A DNA stretch of 63,796 nucleotides from Asterionella formosa (taxonomy: Eukaryota), in contig NKIB01013142.1 in NCBI GenBank assembly GCA_002256025.1, forward strand, positions 1-63,796, read 5' to 3'. Positions 25,659-37,923 of the stretch are shown piece after piece. The position numbers and the translations under genes were made by a program. Position 1 is the stretch's first letter. Each line of letters opens with the position of its first letter. The notes under the pieces were generated by a model. It ran no database searches. It saw nothing but the letters and a program-made list of their open reading frames with translations, and was not told the origin of the DNA.

Positions 25659-25740
25659 ATATATCAATATTTCCGCCATGAGCAGTCGTGCTACGGGTTA
25701 ACACATTGTATATCAATATCTCCGCCATGAGCAGTGCTAC
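25659..25740. repeat. Short direct duplication
   Basis: TATCAATATYTCCGCCATGAGCAGT..GCTAC occurs twice. Confidence 0.75.
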
Positions 25741-27266
25741 TGATAAACACATTGAGCAGTGCAGGAGAACATGCACGATTTGGTGTAAACATGAACTATT
25801 TTTTGTTGAGCATGGTAGATCCATGCCTACATGACCAAAGGTTTCAAGTAGAAAAGCTCTTGAGCTTGATGGTGGGCAAGCTAAAGCAGAAACTTTTCAG
25901 GAATGCCTCATGTATGACTACAACGATTTCGAAAATGTTGCTACTGTGCAATGGACTTCGATTTCAAATTCATCATGAATGAACTCAGCCACAATTACAA
26001 TGAGAATGGATGAAAAATTATTTAAATGTATACATTAATAAATTTATTCAAAAGAATCTTATTTATGTAAAGAAATTAACTTAAGCTAATATTATGTTTT
26101 ACTGGTAACTACAGGGGCTACCTCATGTAGTTTTAGGATGCATCACCCAGTCAGATTTTCGTTGCTAATTATTATGGAACAAAACGACAAAACCAAACTT
26201 TGTTTTGGCGTAGGTACCCTTGAAACAATGCTAACAGGACTGAAGACCCAAATGAAAATGCATTACATAGTAGCTCCATGCCCATATTCCAATAAGTTGC
26301 TTGCTCACCCAAACTTTTAGAGGATTCCATAATGAACACTTTGCATGTAGCAAGTTGCAGAAACCCAACTAATTCCCGAATAGTCATCATAATAATTCAT
26401 TGTAAAAGTAGTCCTATAAAAATATTTTACTTCTTTTCTCGAGATTTTGTCATCCTACGACGACAATGTTTAGGTTTTCCCAAAAATTGTTAGCATCAGT
26501 TTTCCATGTCTGTCGACCAAAACCAAAACCAAACCAAAATAAAATTATAATTTTTGAAATTGTTTTTGGCCCATTGTTAGTATCCATCTGCTTCACTCTT
26601 ACTCTACAGCCCAATAAGATACCCTCAACACTTTCATCTAGCTAGTATGAAGCATCTACCCAACAAGAAGCCACTTCCGGACATTCAGAATCTTAATCCA
26701 AACAACCAAATCTGATGAAATTTATTCTGTAGTTTTTGGCAAATTCTGTAGTGAGCCAGTGTCAAGTGTGAAAGAGAAGTGAAGCGGTGCCACTGTGGTT
26801 CAAAGCAATTGATGTGGTTTACCCTAAATGGACGACCTGTTAACACAATGTTATGTTCTCCTTGTTTCTGCTTGCTCTTGGATTCAGCACTGCTCAAAAC
26901 AGTCTTCTGTTTCTCCCAAGGTTGCTTTCAATCATGTTAGAGGTTTTTTTCAAACTATGATAATCTTATACTTTTCAAATGACGGGATTTAGTTAAATAT
27001 AAGATTTCAATAGGAGTTTCCCATTTGCAATCTCTTACCAGCACTTCCTTTTACCCTTAGTAGTATAGCTTGGAACCCCTCCCCCCACCAATTCTACAGA
27101 TGCAAACATTTTGTCAAAAACTCCAAATTGAGGAGAAGGCACCACAAGAAAAAATCTGGGTCAAGATCATTCTGACACACATGAATTCTCAAAATCATTC
27201 TTGAGTGAGTGTACTCAACATATTCATTCTCGAGTGAGTGTTCTCCTCATAGCTAATACCAATGGC

Positions 27267-30077
27267 TCAAAAGGAGTGAATTCTGTCAGGATGGTGGCCT
27301 AACTTGACAAGATTTGGTATGCATCCTTTCTCAAGCATCACAGGAGGTCCACACATGACATTCAACACATCATCGCTGGCTGGAAATAAATGTTCTTCCA
27401 TCAGCTCCTTGTTGATAAACCCAGTCGAATGCTCCCAATTGTGGGGCCATGAGTCAGAGAGAATGTAGTGGACCCTAAACTTGTTGAAAAAAATGTTTTG
27501 CCACTGGTCCAAGGCAGACCGTAGCATAATATCTGATTCTTGCCGACATGCGTAAATGAGGGTCATCTCAGTGTTATCCTCCAAACGACGTAAAATATGC
27601 GCAGCAATTTGCATAATGGGAGAAATTCCAGATCCACCCGCTATCATGTTTATTTTTGTGCAGTATCCATCATGACCTTCAATTGTGTATCGACCTCTAG
27701 TGACGTACTCAAATGATCCCACTGGTCCTCTCATTTTCAACATGTCACCTTCAATTAAGTTCGATAAGTACTGACTCATCTTGCCACCCTTTGGAAAGGT
27801 TGGCGTTGGCCGATATATCTTCACAACAAACTGTACTCGACCCAAGTCATGGTTTGAAGAGACTGGTGTGTATCGCCGATTCACTGCCACACCATTGATT
27901 TCTGCGGAAATCAAAATGTGCTTGCCAGTAGGAAGGCCAAGAACATGTTTGGGTGATTGCAGGGCAAAGTCTAGCAGTACGGAATCATCAGAAAGGACAA
28001 TCTTCTTTTGCAATCGAAATTCCATTGTTTTCTTGGGGTGCAATGCTATTGGTGATCCATGATCATCCAAATACTCGCCATGATCAGATGACATGCTCAT
28101 GGAGGAACAATTGGATACCACTGACCCTTCATCCGCTTCATCGACCAAATCTCCGATGTAATATCGCGACAGCATCTTGGTGGCTCGTTTCGAGTGAATT
28201 GCAATAAATTCGTCTGTTGCATCTTGCCCTCCATTGATAATTATACTTTCAATTCCACCAGGATGATATTGTAAATATTCTGTACAATCAAAGACTCGGT
28301 TACGAACAACGATCCAAACATCTCCATTGGTATTATGCTGTCCAACTTGAGTCATTGTAAATTTTTTAAATGGTCCATTTGGTACTGCTTCAATCGACAA
28401 GTTATATTCATCATCATCATCTTTGCTATTGAATTCTATCAATGGACCAAAGCCAGCTGAGTATAACTGATTGGCTGTAGAATTCATCCACCCACCAACA
28501 CCTGTGGGATGCTGAAAGTATACATTGAATTGATCCTTAGTAACACGAATCTTGTACACATGATTTGCAGCAACTCCGAGTATGTTCCATGTGGGCAACG
28601 TTGGCTGGACATGAAAGGCCTGATCCCAAGCTCGGCACCACAATTCCGTAGATCGTACGACTGTAAGGACAGGTACTTCTAGAGACCATAGTGTCCAACA
28701 CCAGTACTTGTCATGTAGGGTTGGTTGTTCTGGGCGACGGAGGTTGGCTAAATGCCAGCTGGTTCCACAATCCCAACTCACTTCTACTCGACTTACAGCA
28801 ACTCCACCGCCAGAAATGGCATAACCCGAAAGTTCCACCTTTTTATACATATTATGAACAATAGACCATGATTCCAAATGAGCTGGTGATATCATGGTCG
28901 AGTTGATGTTGACGAGTCTCTGTATATATTCTCGATTGTAAAAGTCCGTAATGGCCGATGATGTGAGTATGGTTGGCGGAAAGAGTAAATGTTCATGAAA
29001 ATGAAACGGTCCCTTGGGAGCATCAACAATGTTAATTTCTGTTAACCACTTGACTGAGTACCCAGCAACGCACCCAGGGACAATCAAGCGAACAGGATAT
29101 CCATGATCTGGTAGTAGTGGTTGTCCATTTGCCAAGTATGCCACAATAACATCATTTGCGTCATTCCATACATATGAGAATGGTAAATACTTGGTATACT
29201 TGACGACTCCCTTGTTGCATAATGTCTGTCCCATCATGTTTGGATTAGGTAGATCTTCCTTGCCCACGAATTCCACCCATTTATTTTGAAATGTTGCTAA
29301 CTGTAGTGGTGATTTGAAATCATTTCTCATCAACAGCGTCTTGACCAGAACTCCCTTATAGACAGCTGTCCCGACACCTCCAATGCCCCATCCAACCCCC
29401 AATGTTGATTGTATAGCATTAAATTCACTCCGTCTCAATGCAGCACTGACTAGCGTCACTGGCAATTCCCGGCAAGGCCGAATAGCAATCAAGGCATTCA
29501 TTGCGATATTATTGTTGCTGGTACTATTTTTATTGTTGTTGGTGGTGGTGTTGTGATTGATGTTTAGTACATGCGATTCCCAAGTACACTTTGGTGTAAC
29601 TCCATGATTCCTAACAAAGTGCAAGTGTTGTGGTGTTAAAAAGTCTTGCAGGTGTTCCTGTAACGGCAAACACGCATTCATGGGGTGTTTGCCAGTCAAT
29701 CGAACCAACCGTCCATCCCGTGGGATCCAATCGTCCGGGGTGTGAACATCTCGATAATCAATGGGCAGATCCCAAAATAATGTGGTTTTCTCTTCATCGT
29801 TATTGTCGTTGTTGCCACTTTTGGTTGAGAATGGTTTTTTGTGTTCTGATTGGAACGGCACAGGAAGGCTGTGGTCGTATGGTCCATACAAGCGCTCGAA
29901 TTTACTCAAGGCGCTTGATTGCTGTTGCTGTTCCAGCAGTAGGAGCTGCTCGTCTTCTGGAGTATCCCAATACCTGGCAGATGCTTTCAACGTTCCATAA
30001 CTACCACTGTTAGTAGTATTAGTAGTAATATTCAAAACATCAGTTGTCATGTTGTGCTTCAAATGGCTGATGAGCAT
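27267..30077 (-). CDS. NAD(P)H nitrate reductase-like flavo-hemoprotein, divergent paralog with Mo-ligand Cys replaced by Ser, 936 aa
   Basis: Full eukaryotic NR order: TPDDWIPRDGRLVRLTGKHP, HFVRNHG, PDHGYPVRLIVPG, dimerisation domain WCRAWD, cytochrome b5 (HPGG..FIAIHS), FAD domain (LGLPTGKHI, RRYTP, GKMSQYL), NAD domain (GGSGISP, CGPP, terminal F). Intronless, no stops. Confidence 0.93.
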   Translation of the reverse strand: MLISHLKHNMTTDVLNITTNTTNSGSYGTLKASARYWDTPEDEQLLLLEQQQQSSALSKFERLYGPYDHSLPVPFQSEHKKPFSTKSGNNDNNDEEKTTLFWDLPIDYRDVHTPDDWIPRDGRLVRLTGKHPMNACLPLQEHLQDFLTPQHLHFVRNHGVTPKCTWESHVLNINHNTTTNNNKNSTSNNNIAMNALIAIRPCRELPVTLVSAALRRSEFNAIQSTLGVGWGIGGVGTAVYKGVLVKTLLMRNDFKSPLQLATFQNKWVEFVGKEDLPNPNMMGQTLCNKGVVKYTKYLPFSYVWNDANDVIVAYLANGQPLLPDHGYPVRLIVPGCVAGYSVKWLTEINIVDAPKGPFHFHEHLLFPPTILTSSAITDFYNREYIQRLVNINSTMISPAHLESWSIVHNMYKKVELSGYAISGGGVAVSRVEVSWDCGTSWHLANLRRPEQPTLHDKYWCWTLWSLEVPVLTVVRSTELWCRAWDQAFHVQPTLPTWNILGVAANHVYKIRVTKDQFNVYFQHPTGVGGWMNSTANQLYSAGFGPLIEFNSKDDDDEYNLSIEAVPNGPFKKFTMTQVGQHNTNGDVWIVVRNRVFDCTEYLQYHPGGIESIIINGGQDATDEFIAIHSKRATKMLSRYYIGDLVDEADEGSVVSNCSSMSMSSDHGEYLDDHGSPIALHPKKTMEFRLQKKIVLSDDSVLLDFALQSPKHVLGLPTGKHILISAEINGVAVNRRYTPVSSNHDLGRVQFVVKIYRPTPTFPKGGKMSQYLSNLIEGDMLKMRGPVGSFEYVTRGRYTIEGHDGYCTKINMIAGGSGISPIMQIAAHILRRLEDNTEMTLIYACRQESDIMLRSALDQWQNIFFNKFRVHYILSDSWPHNWEHSTGFINKELMEEHLFPASDDVLNVMCGPPVMLEKGCIPNLVKLGHHPDRIHSF

Positions 30078-30599
30078 GTGTGTGCCACGCTCACCATGAT
30101 ATCAGTTCTTCTTGATGGCAACAAGGATACCGATATGTGTGGTACCTGGTAGTTAGAAACTGCTATGCATCATAATAATACCGACAATCATAATTGCATG
30201 GTGACGGAAGTTGTGGTGTCTGATGCTGGCAGAAGTGAAAGTTTAAATTGTCAAATGTGATGATGTGTCTGATAGTGTGGGCCAAATCCAAAGGGCACGT
30301 CATGGACATTGAAGAACATTAATGCAAAAAGTCGGGAACTTCTTGCATTTGCTGTCGTTGTTGCGAGGAGTGTGAGTGAGTTGATATATTATACCGTACA
30401 CCAAGCAACTTGCGGTCATTTTGCTTATATCAACAATTTAATCCTGGATAAAGACAGCTAAACCTTTAGTTAGGCAAAATTACCCCAGCAACTTGCAGGT
30501 ACTTGTGGTCGTGGCTGGCTGTAAGGGCCTTAAACCTCGCGGTAAACTGGGGAAGGTCCGGTTACCTAAGATATATAGCTTTGTCTTGTTCAGAAATAA

Positions 30600-33500
30600 A
30601 AACAATCATTTACCTGACCTTTGTATATACCAATCCATGGTATGAGTTGAGCATACATATTCTCCAGCTGACAAAGATGAAAAGATTATGGCATTTATCA
30701 ACCAACAAGAACATGAAACCAATAGATGACTATGCGTGATTGGAGTCTATTCATAGCTAAGAATGGCAAGCAGGAGAAATATGAGTTAACTAGCAAGGCT
30801 TATCAACTGCTATGGATTTATGTGTCAGTGAAATTGCTTTAGTGAACTCACCACATCAAATCAACATATCACATTACTATTTGAAATTACATGTTCAGAG
30901 TGGTGGTCTTATCAATTTGTACCTTCACATATAAAAATCGTACTGTTTTTGGAAGCAAGGATACTTTCCTGGTTTTCATGTGAAGTTTCAAATTAAAACA
31001 TTGATCATGCCACAATGAAATTAAAGATGAAACAACTCGTTTCAATAATCATATATCTTGTATTCTATTTAAAGGAAATGCTGGTGCACAACTTTATTTA
31101 CAAATTTGTTGCAATTGTTAAAATTGTGTCAATTCCTTCAAAGAAGTTTTTTAATTTGATCAGGAATTCAAGGCTAGATGCAAGTCCAAATAGTTCTGTT
31201 CACATGGAGCTAGTATTGCTAGTGGTTGCCCCAGCATCCTCCAGACCTGAACATTATAGTGCCCATTTCTGACCCCAATTTACCTTTCGGAGCACCTCGA
31301 GTCAGTCTTGGACTTATCTACGATGTATGCATGTATATTCTGTGTGATTACACAATGTTCCCCTTTCGCCTGTCTCAATGATCTGCCTTGATGAATGCCT
31401 CCCGCCTCCCTTGTTTCTACTCTGATTCTGAAACTCGTCTCACTTCTTGCTGCCTCTCTTCCTTCTTCCTTTGCTCCCATTCTGAAATAGCATGTGCTAT
31501 TACATTGTATTGTCCGTTTTGTTTTCCTTATCATACTAACAATGATAAGGAATTACTTGCTAGCTAGTCAAGTTTTGTTTTAACCTCAAGCAATGCATCT
31601 CCATTTTACTAGTATCTTGCTTCACTTCCCAGAAATCAATGTACCTTTCGCATATTTCTGTAAAATTATGTGTCAGGCGAATATTTTGCACAAGTCCATA
31701 TCGTCAAAAAATCATGACACTGAGCGATGTAATTTATAACTTAGCTACAACAAATACTGTTTGGTTTAAATTATCCTGAAAGATAAGCATGCATATGACT
31801 GTCAGTTATGTTCTAACAGTTGCAAATAGAGGATCCAACGAGAGCACTTCTTACAAATTTTGTTTTGTCCACATCATTGGTGGTTCCCACAAAATGCAAA
31901 ATGAGTTATTGACTCATTTGAGAAGAAAGCAATCATTTAGTCTTTGTCAACCCAACAATTGAGCATCCTGGCGTGTGCCCTTGATGTACCATAGCTAGAT
32001 TCCATTTACTTTTGCATTTTCAATCCTTGTAAGCGCAAGTTGTATCATTTTTTTATCGTGGCATCCTCACTTCAATTTTCCCTGTTATGTGGCTGATTTG
32101 ATCTTTGATTTGCAGGAAGTGTATGCTTAAAAAGGAACGTGTAAACATGATTTCAAATTTATCAGCCACGAATACCACAGTAAAATTATAAAAATTTGGA
32201 AATGTATATACCGTAAACTCCTTAATATCTCCACATGGACCCTCTGCATCATAAGTCGATCCACATTGACTGTCCAGTCAATCTTAATATCTCCACATAA
32301 AGGTCGCATCTTTACATGTAAGATGACGCTGTAGGCTTACATGATGGTGATGTAACATGATACATACAACGGTACCAGTAGCATGTTTTTGTCTCCCCAT
32401 CCCGTAATCATGCATCTGTTTTGCATTACATAGTATATATGCAGTTGAACATTTGCATAGTTCAAAGACTTTCTTTATTTAAATATTGATTAGTAAGAAA
32501 AATATAAACAAGTGATGAACATATCAAAACAAAAGCTTATGCAACTGGACACTCCGATAAATCCATTCACTTCAAGTTAAGGCACATACATATGTACATC
32601 AGCACCATACAATGTTCCTGTTCCCCTTCATTCAATTTGTAAAAAAAAATTAGGTTCAAATGATTATTGCACCAGGTGTAACACAGATCTGCTGCAGCAT
32701 TCTTACTTATCATCAACCATAAAGCTCTGAAAGAATCTGTTGAGTTTGCTCATCAATTCATGTGGTAGCTGACAAGTGTGCATAGTTCCCCAATTCTATC
32801 CAATGCCTTCCTCTGGCATTAGGTATTTACATCATGGCACTGTCTGGGGCAAACATGGCATGATTGTTTGCCGTGTCAAGAGCATAAGGCAGACCAGCCT
32901 TAAGGCTTTAAAATATCTGTTCAGTTTCTTTAGTGTAATATGTCTTCCCTGTCTGCAGCAGGCAGCCTTCTCCATTGTACACATTGGAATATCTAATCCA
33001 TTTCATTGGTGTAATATGTCTCCTCTGCCTGATTTAATTTGACAGTCAGACAAAGACATATCTCCCCTATCTGTCAGCTGTCTTTCCATTCAGATGTGGT
33101 GTTCAGGTGGCGGAGGGAAATAGAGTCAATATCCCCCCTTTTTCTCCCAAGAGTGAAGGGTTGGAACAGACAAGGAGGAAAGTGGAGTCCTTGGCTGTTG
33201 GGAGCACAAGTAACAAAAGAATGAGGAAGAAAGAAAAACCCCATTTTAGGCTCTTGTGGGTGCTGTGAGCATCTATTTATACTCAGTACAGAGTAGTGTG
33301 TGATGGTAGCGGGGGGGGGGGCACAACCAGTCAGAGCATCATGGTGGTGGTCTGCAACAATGCTGAAGTGCCATTATGGGCAGTGAAGGTCCACCGGAAA
33401 ATGCCTTCAACAGCAAACTTATGGTTCACAGCATTTCAACACATTGACATTTTGTATGCAGCAGCAATCACTTCTGTAGGATGGGGAAGTCCTTTGCAGA

Positions 33501-33780
33501 AGTGAAACAATAGATCCAAGGCAAAGGAGTGGTAAAGTCTGATAAACTAGTAAGCTACACATTAACAATTGCTGAACATATCACAAACGAAATCATAGGC
33601 TGCCAGACACAGCGAAATACAGTTACTAATTGTTTGCTTCTACTTGACTACACAGTGTGCTCTATAAATTTATTACATGCCCTGTTGGAAATACATACTG
33701 TTGGTAGCAGTTGCCTGCCTCCTATAAATCCCGTGAATTAAATTTAAGGCACATACTGGTACATATGAGCATCATTGCCA
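30600..33780. other. CpG-poor, stop-riddled non-coding block; probably old transposon debris
   Basis: No coherent ORF, very few CG and excess TG/CA. No family motif recognised. Confidence 0.45.
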
Positions 33781-33828
33781 TACTACCTGGTACCTGGTAC
33801 CAGGCTACCAGTACCTGGTACCGTACCA
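33781..33828. repeat. GGTACC / TACC(A/T)GG motif cluster
   Basis: TACTACCTGGTACCTGGTACCAGGCTACCAGTACCTGGTACCGTACC. Confidence 0.85.
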
Positions 33829-34034
33829 TTTCTATTCACCATTGAATGATGATACCAGAGGCATGCTCCAATATTCCCCTGCTATTGCACATCATGTATA
33901 TACTGTCATTATATCATCAATTACACTTATTCATACTTCGCAATAAACTTAGTTTTAGGAAGGGCTGTTAGACGGAGAAATATTGGGAGCTTGCGCCATG
34001 ACCTAAAGTTTTGTTGCAACGACCGGTATACCGG

Positions 34035-35360
34035 TAGTTGAACAGCAGGAGTGCATGATTCAATTACCGGTATGTGCATTGCATTTTGATATCATTGTTT
34101 TCCATGACCTGAAGTACCCGTATACTTCATTGTCCTGGACCCCCCAATGTACACTGCCGTGACTGAATTTGACTGATTTTACTTAAGGGGGGCCCAGGAC
34201 AATGAAGAGATTTCCCTTATAATGGACATAAGTAAATTTCTTTAGTTCTACAGGATAGCCCACATTTTTCTAAGATGTATTAATATGACAATTATTTCCG
34301 TCTTGTGAAAAATGAGAGACTTCTTCACCTCGCAAGAAAAACGCGACTTCATGTTGTTGTCGGCGATCTCAATTTTCATTGTCATTATTAGTGTTATTAC
34401 TTTACTTCTTTTACGATTATATTTTCCATGTCGTTCTTAATACAGGTAGCAAGTAGCAAAGCGTCGTTCTCTATTTTCGTGGAGATATTCGTATTTTCGT
34501 CATGGTCAAGGTTGCGACAACATCATGAAGGATTCTCCAGCTGCTCACAGCCACTACCTGTCGTCTACTGTGTTTTGTGTGTACAAAAGAATCGCAAAAT
34601 GGTAGCTAAATTATTATATACTAGTGCCCACGAGGACAAAAAGAATTATAGCACGTTACTTTGTCTGACAAGAAAATTATTGGGTGTTTGGTTCCACCTC
34701 GAGAAAAATGTACAGGGGGGTCCAGCAACCACAGGGGGGGTCCAGGATAATGAAGTATACGGTACTGCTTTTGAATTTTTTCAATATATAGCGGGTATAT
34801 CATTTACAATAAGTCAGTGATTTAATTAAGCCTCTCAATTAGCGGGAATCATAGAGCATTTTTCATATGGTACAAAATGGTCCCCCAGAAATTTGAAAAA
34901 ATCGATGCAGATATTTTCGAACTCCAGATGACGATCAAGTACCGGTAAACCGGTATGATTTACCGGTACCGTAGTATTGTCGAGTTATGTTATTTTTGCA
35001 GATTCTCTCCGTTTCGGCCGCTACAATGGTGCATCTACTCATTAACTATAGTTGAACAGAGGGGGAGTGCATGATTCAATTATATATACATTGCATTATG
35101 ATGTCATTGTCTTCCAATTTTTTTAAAATGAAATCATTACAGCACCTACAAAATGTTAGTTATTTAAGCCTCCAATTAGCGGGACTGCTGTACAGCCAAA
35201 ATGCATAATTTTCGGATTCCTGAGTCACACTTAGCACCTTCCTGGCATGCCGTACTGGTAGTACTTGGTACTCAGTACCAGGGAATACCGGTGAGTATTG
35301 TTTATTTTGCAGATTCTCTCCGTTTCGGCCGCTGCCGGCCATGGCACAACTACTCATTGT
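34035..35360 (+). repeat. Tandem duplication of the promoter and 5' end of the secreted Cys-rich gene; first copy interrupted by the MITE
   Basis: Paired blocks: TAGTTGAACAG..GGAGTGCATGATTCAATTA (34035/35049), TAAGCCT(CT)CAATTAGCGGGA (34827/35165), TTTTGCAGATTCTCTCCGTTTCGGCCGCT (34994/35305), ATGG..CA.CTACTCATT (35026/35341). Confidence 0.85.
34117..34762. mobile_element. Non-autonomous TIR element (MITE), Tc1/mariner-pogo type, ~645 bp
   Basis: Left TA|(C)CCGTATACTTCATTGTCCTGGACCCCCC; right GGGGGGTCCAGGATAATGAAGTATACGG|TA. TIR ~28 bp with one mismatch, TA on both sides. An extra inverted TIR copy at ~34186-34207. No transposase ORF. Confidence 0.88.
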
Positions 35361-36296
35361 AATAATTGGATTGCTTCTCGTCCATCCTGCTCTGGTGGTG
35401 GAGGCGCAGCAAGTAATTCAAACTCCAAATCCTGCCCTTCCCAGCGGCAAGACAGACAAGCAGGGCTGGCCATTACCACGCTGGTGGCAGAAATACCGTC
35501 AGCGTTTTGGTAAGTTTTTTTACAACAATGAACGACAATAAAATCATTTCTAACGCTCGAATAATCTACAGGAAGGAACGCTCTGAAGAAATGCAAGTTC
35601 CTTGACGACCAGTCCACGACCACGCCTGTGACTGGTGATTCATGTCCGAATCGGACCACTGACTATTTTTGTCTATTCGGCGATGCCTACTGCTGTGATC
35701 GGGGATGTGAACCCGCTTATCGTTGTGATTGCAGGAATAATGTGTTTCAATGTGCTTTCATCAACAACAACAATAACATTGCCAATCCATGTACTTCTGT
35801 AGCTCCTGTTTGTCCAAAGCAAAAACCTCGCGTGGGACAGGTCTGTACCATGCCTGACTCTGCCATTCACTGCTCCTACATTGATCCGAACGCTGCTAGT
35901 ACTGGTCCCTCATGCAACAAGGTAACAGATATTTGCCAATGCGAGAATGGAGTATTCACTTGTGCTGTTAGCTTTGTCAACACATGTGTCCCTGCGTCCG
36001 TGGCAAATGCGACTGCACCATCCTTAGAATATACCTGTCCAAGTAGAATTCCTGCACAAGGGGCCGCTTGTACTCTGACGACGTATGAACCATGTACATA
36101 TGGAAAAGGGTCATGTCCTGGACCAAATGACGGAAATGGAAACATTGAAGTTATTTCATTCCCTGATGAAATTTGTACCTGCAATAAGACTGGGCAATTT
36201 CGATGTATCAAATCTATTGATCTGCTACACACTCTTGGATGTCATCAAGCCAATCCTCCGTCTACCTCATTCCCTTCGGCATCTCCAATACGATAG
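35341..36296 (+). CDS. Secreted protein with three Cys-rich repeats, 297 aa, 2 exons
   Basis: Signal peptide MAQLLIVIIGLLLVHPALVVEA. Exons 35341-35509 and 35572-36296 (GTAAG..TACAG, in frame). Repeat pattern C..P..G..C....C.Y/F....C....C.C...F.C x3. Confidence 0.88.
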
Positions 36297-37923
36297 TCGT
36301 TTAATATGCTACTTTATTAATGTTTTGTATAGTCACTTTAAATATGAAGCTTATGCAAGATGCTGGCACATTTCTAGCTGTTCTTTGGGACTTTTTCTTT
36401 CCTCTCTGGTATTGTTAGGTCCAAACAATCCATTGATAACTATTCATTCACAGGGCAATTTCAATGTACTGTATGTTTTATTATTTTTGCTGCTTCTAAT
36501 TACAACAAAGCACTCTGCAGCATACTCCCTGCCACCCATCCTGCTTTCATGATTGTTTGAAAAAAAATTGTTTGTTAGTATGTGAAAATTCACTCTTGTG
36601 GTATAACAATATGAATGTGAGCAATCATATACTGGTATTTGTATTTATGATCAAACATGCAAAAAGATATTCATCGATAAATTTTATGAATGATCAATCA
36701 AAAAAATTATGTCAAACTGTGATCATTTTGGGGCAGTCGATAATTGGAGTAAAAATGTTAGGCCTAGCACTTTTTTCATACACAGACAAAACAAGATGAC
36801 CAGGGGGGTTGCAGGTATGAACAATCCTGCTGATTTTTCCTTGACAGCTAAGGAAGATTGATGATACTAAATGACAAGCCCATTCAACAGATATCTCTAC
36901 AACAACTTTGGTGTATTTGTGATTTTACTTTAAAGTGGCTAGATACATTAACATAACCATGCCCATAAGAAATATTACACTCATTAAGAATTTTAAGAAT
37001 TGTTTAAAGACTACTATTGATCTTCTAGATGTGATGGGGGTTACAACAAAATCATCCAAAAATCGAAAGAGTATCTGAAACGAAATGGAACTCCTAAATT
37101 GTCAAACAGGAAGTCACCTTGCCTAAGCAGCATCACCCAATATATATTATCCTGAAGGAAGGTTGGTTATATTCTGAAAAAGCTGTGTTTTTTCAAATGT
37201 TTTCTGATCTGGATATTTTCCTTGTGCCGCAACAGCAAAGTATCATAGAAAACAACAGTTACTGTTGCAAACAGCTTGAACATCTAATTCATGCAACATA
37301 TAATGCCCAGACCAATATGCTTGAGGGAAGCCAAGATTAATTGCATTTTATCTAGCTAAAATCGACCTCACAAGAGGTTTCCAGAATGAATGGAAAAGAA
37401 AATGCATAGTTTCAAAAAGATGCAAAACCCAGAGACCAAAGCACACAAAAAAACGAAACCTGGAGACAAACACAAAACTTATAACCAGGAGATTTCCCAT
37501 TTGTTGTAGGGTTTTTCGCAAATGTCTCCAGGTATTTTTGTGCATTTATCTCTGGGTTTCAGATCAATTTGGTCTCTAGGTCCATTTGCTTCTTCTTCCT
37601 AGAATCCATTTGAAGAGTCGAGAAAGATTCTTTGGAAAGTTCGTCTCTCAACTGTGGCATTTAATACAAGATCTTCAACCATGTACTGGAATGTATTGGT
37701 GAATTACCGGTAATCATTAATGAGTTTGTGGTCGTTTTTTCTATTTAGTAATCAGGTCAAGTGAGAAGAAAAAAAATTGACACGCTTATAGCCTGATCTG
37801 GAATTAGGAATCTCTATGTTATGTGTCATCTGAGTTATAATCTCATTTATACTGTTCTTTGTTCTCGTTGTAAATTATAATTTTCTCATTTTACTGCTTT
37901 TACTTCACATCACTATTCAAACA

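Noticed and set aside
25750..27200. Assigning a TE family to the decayed blocks flanking the NR-like gene
   Set aside because: Too many stops and no diagnostic motif that I can read.
29445..29447. Selenocysteine or recoding at the NR Mo-ligand position
   Set aside because: The codon is AGT (Ser), not TGA, and no ordinary editing route gives Cys.
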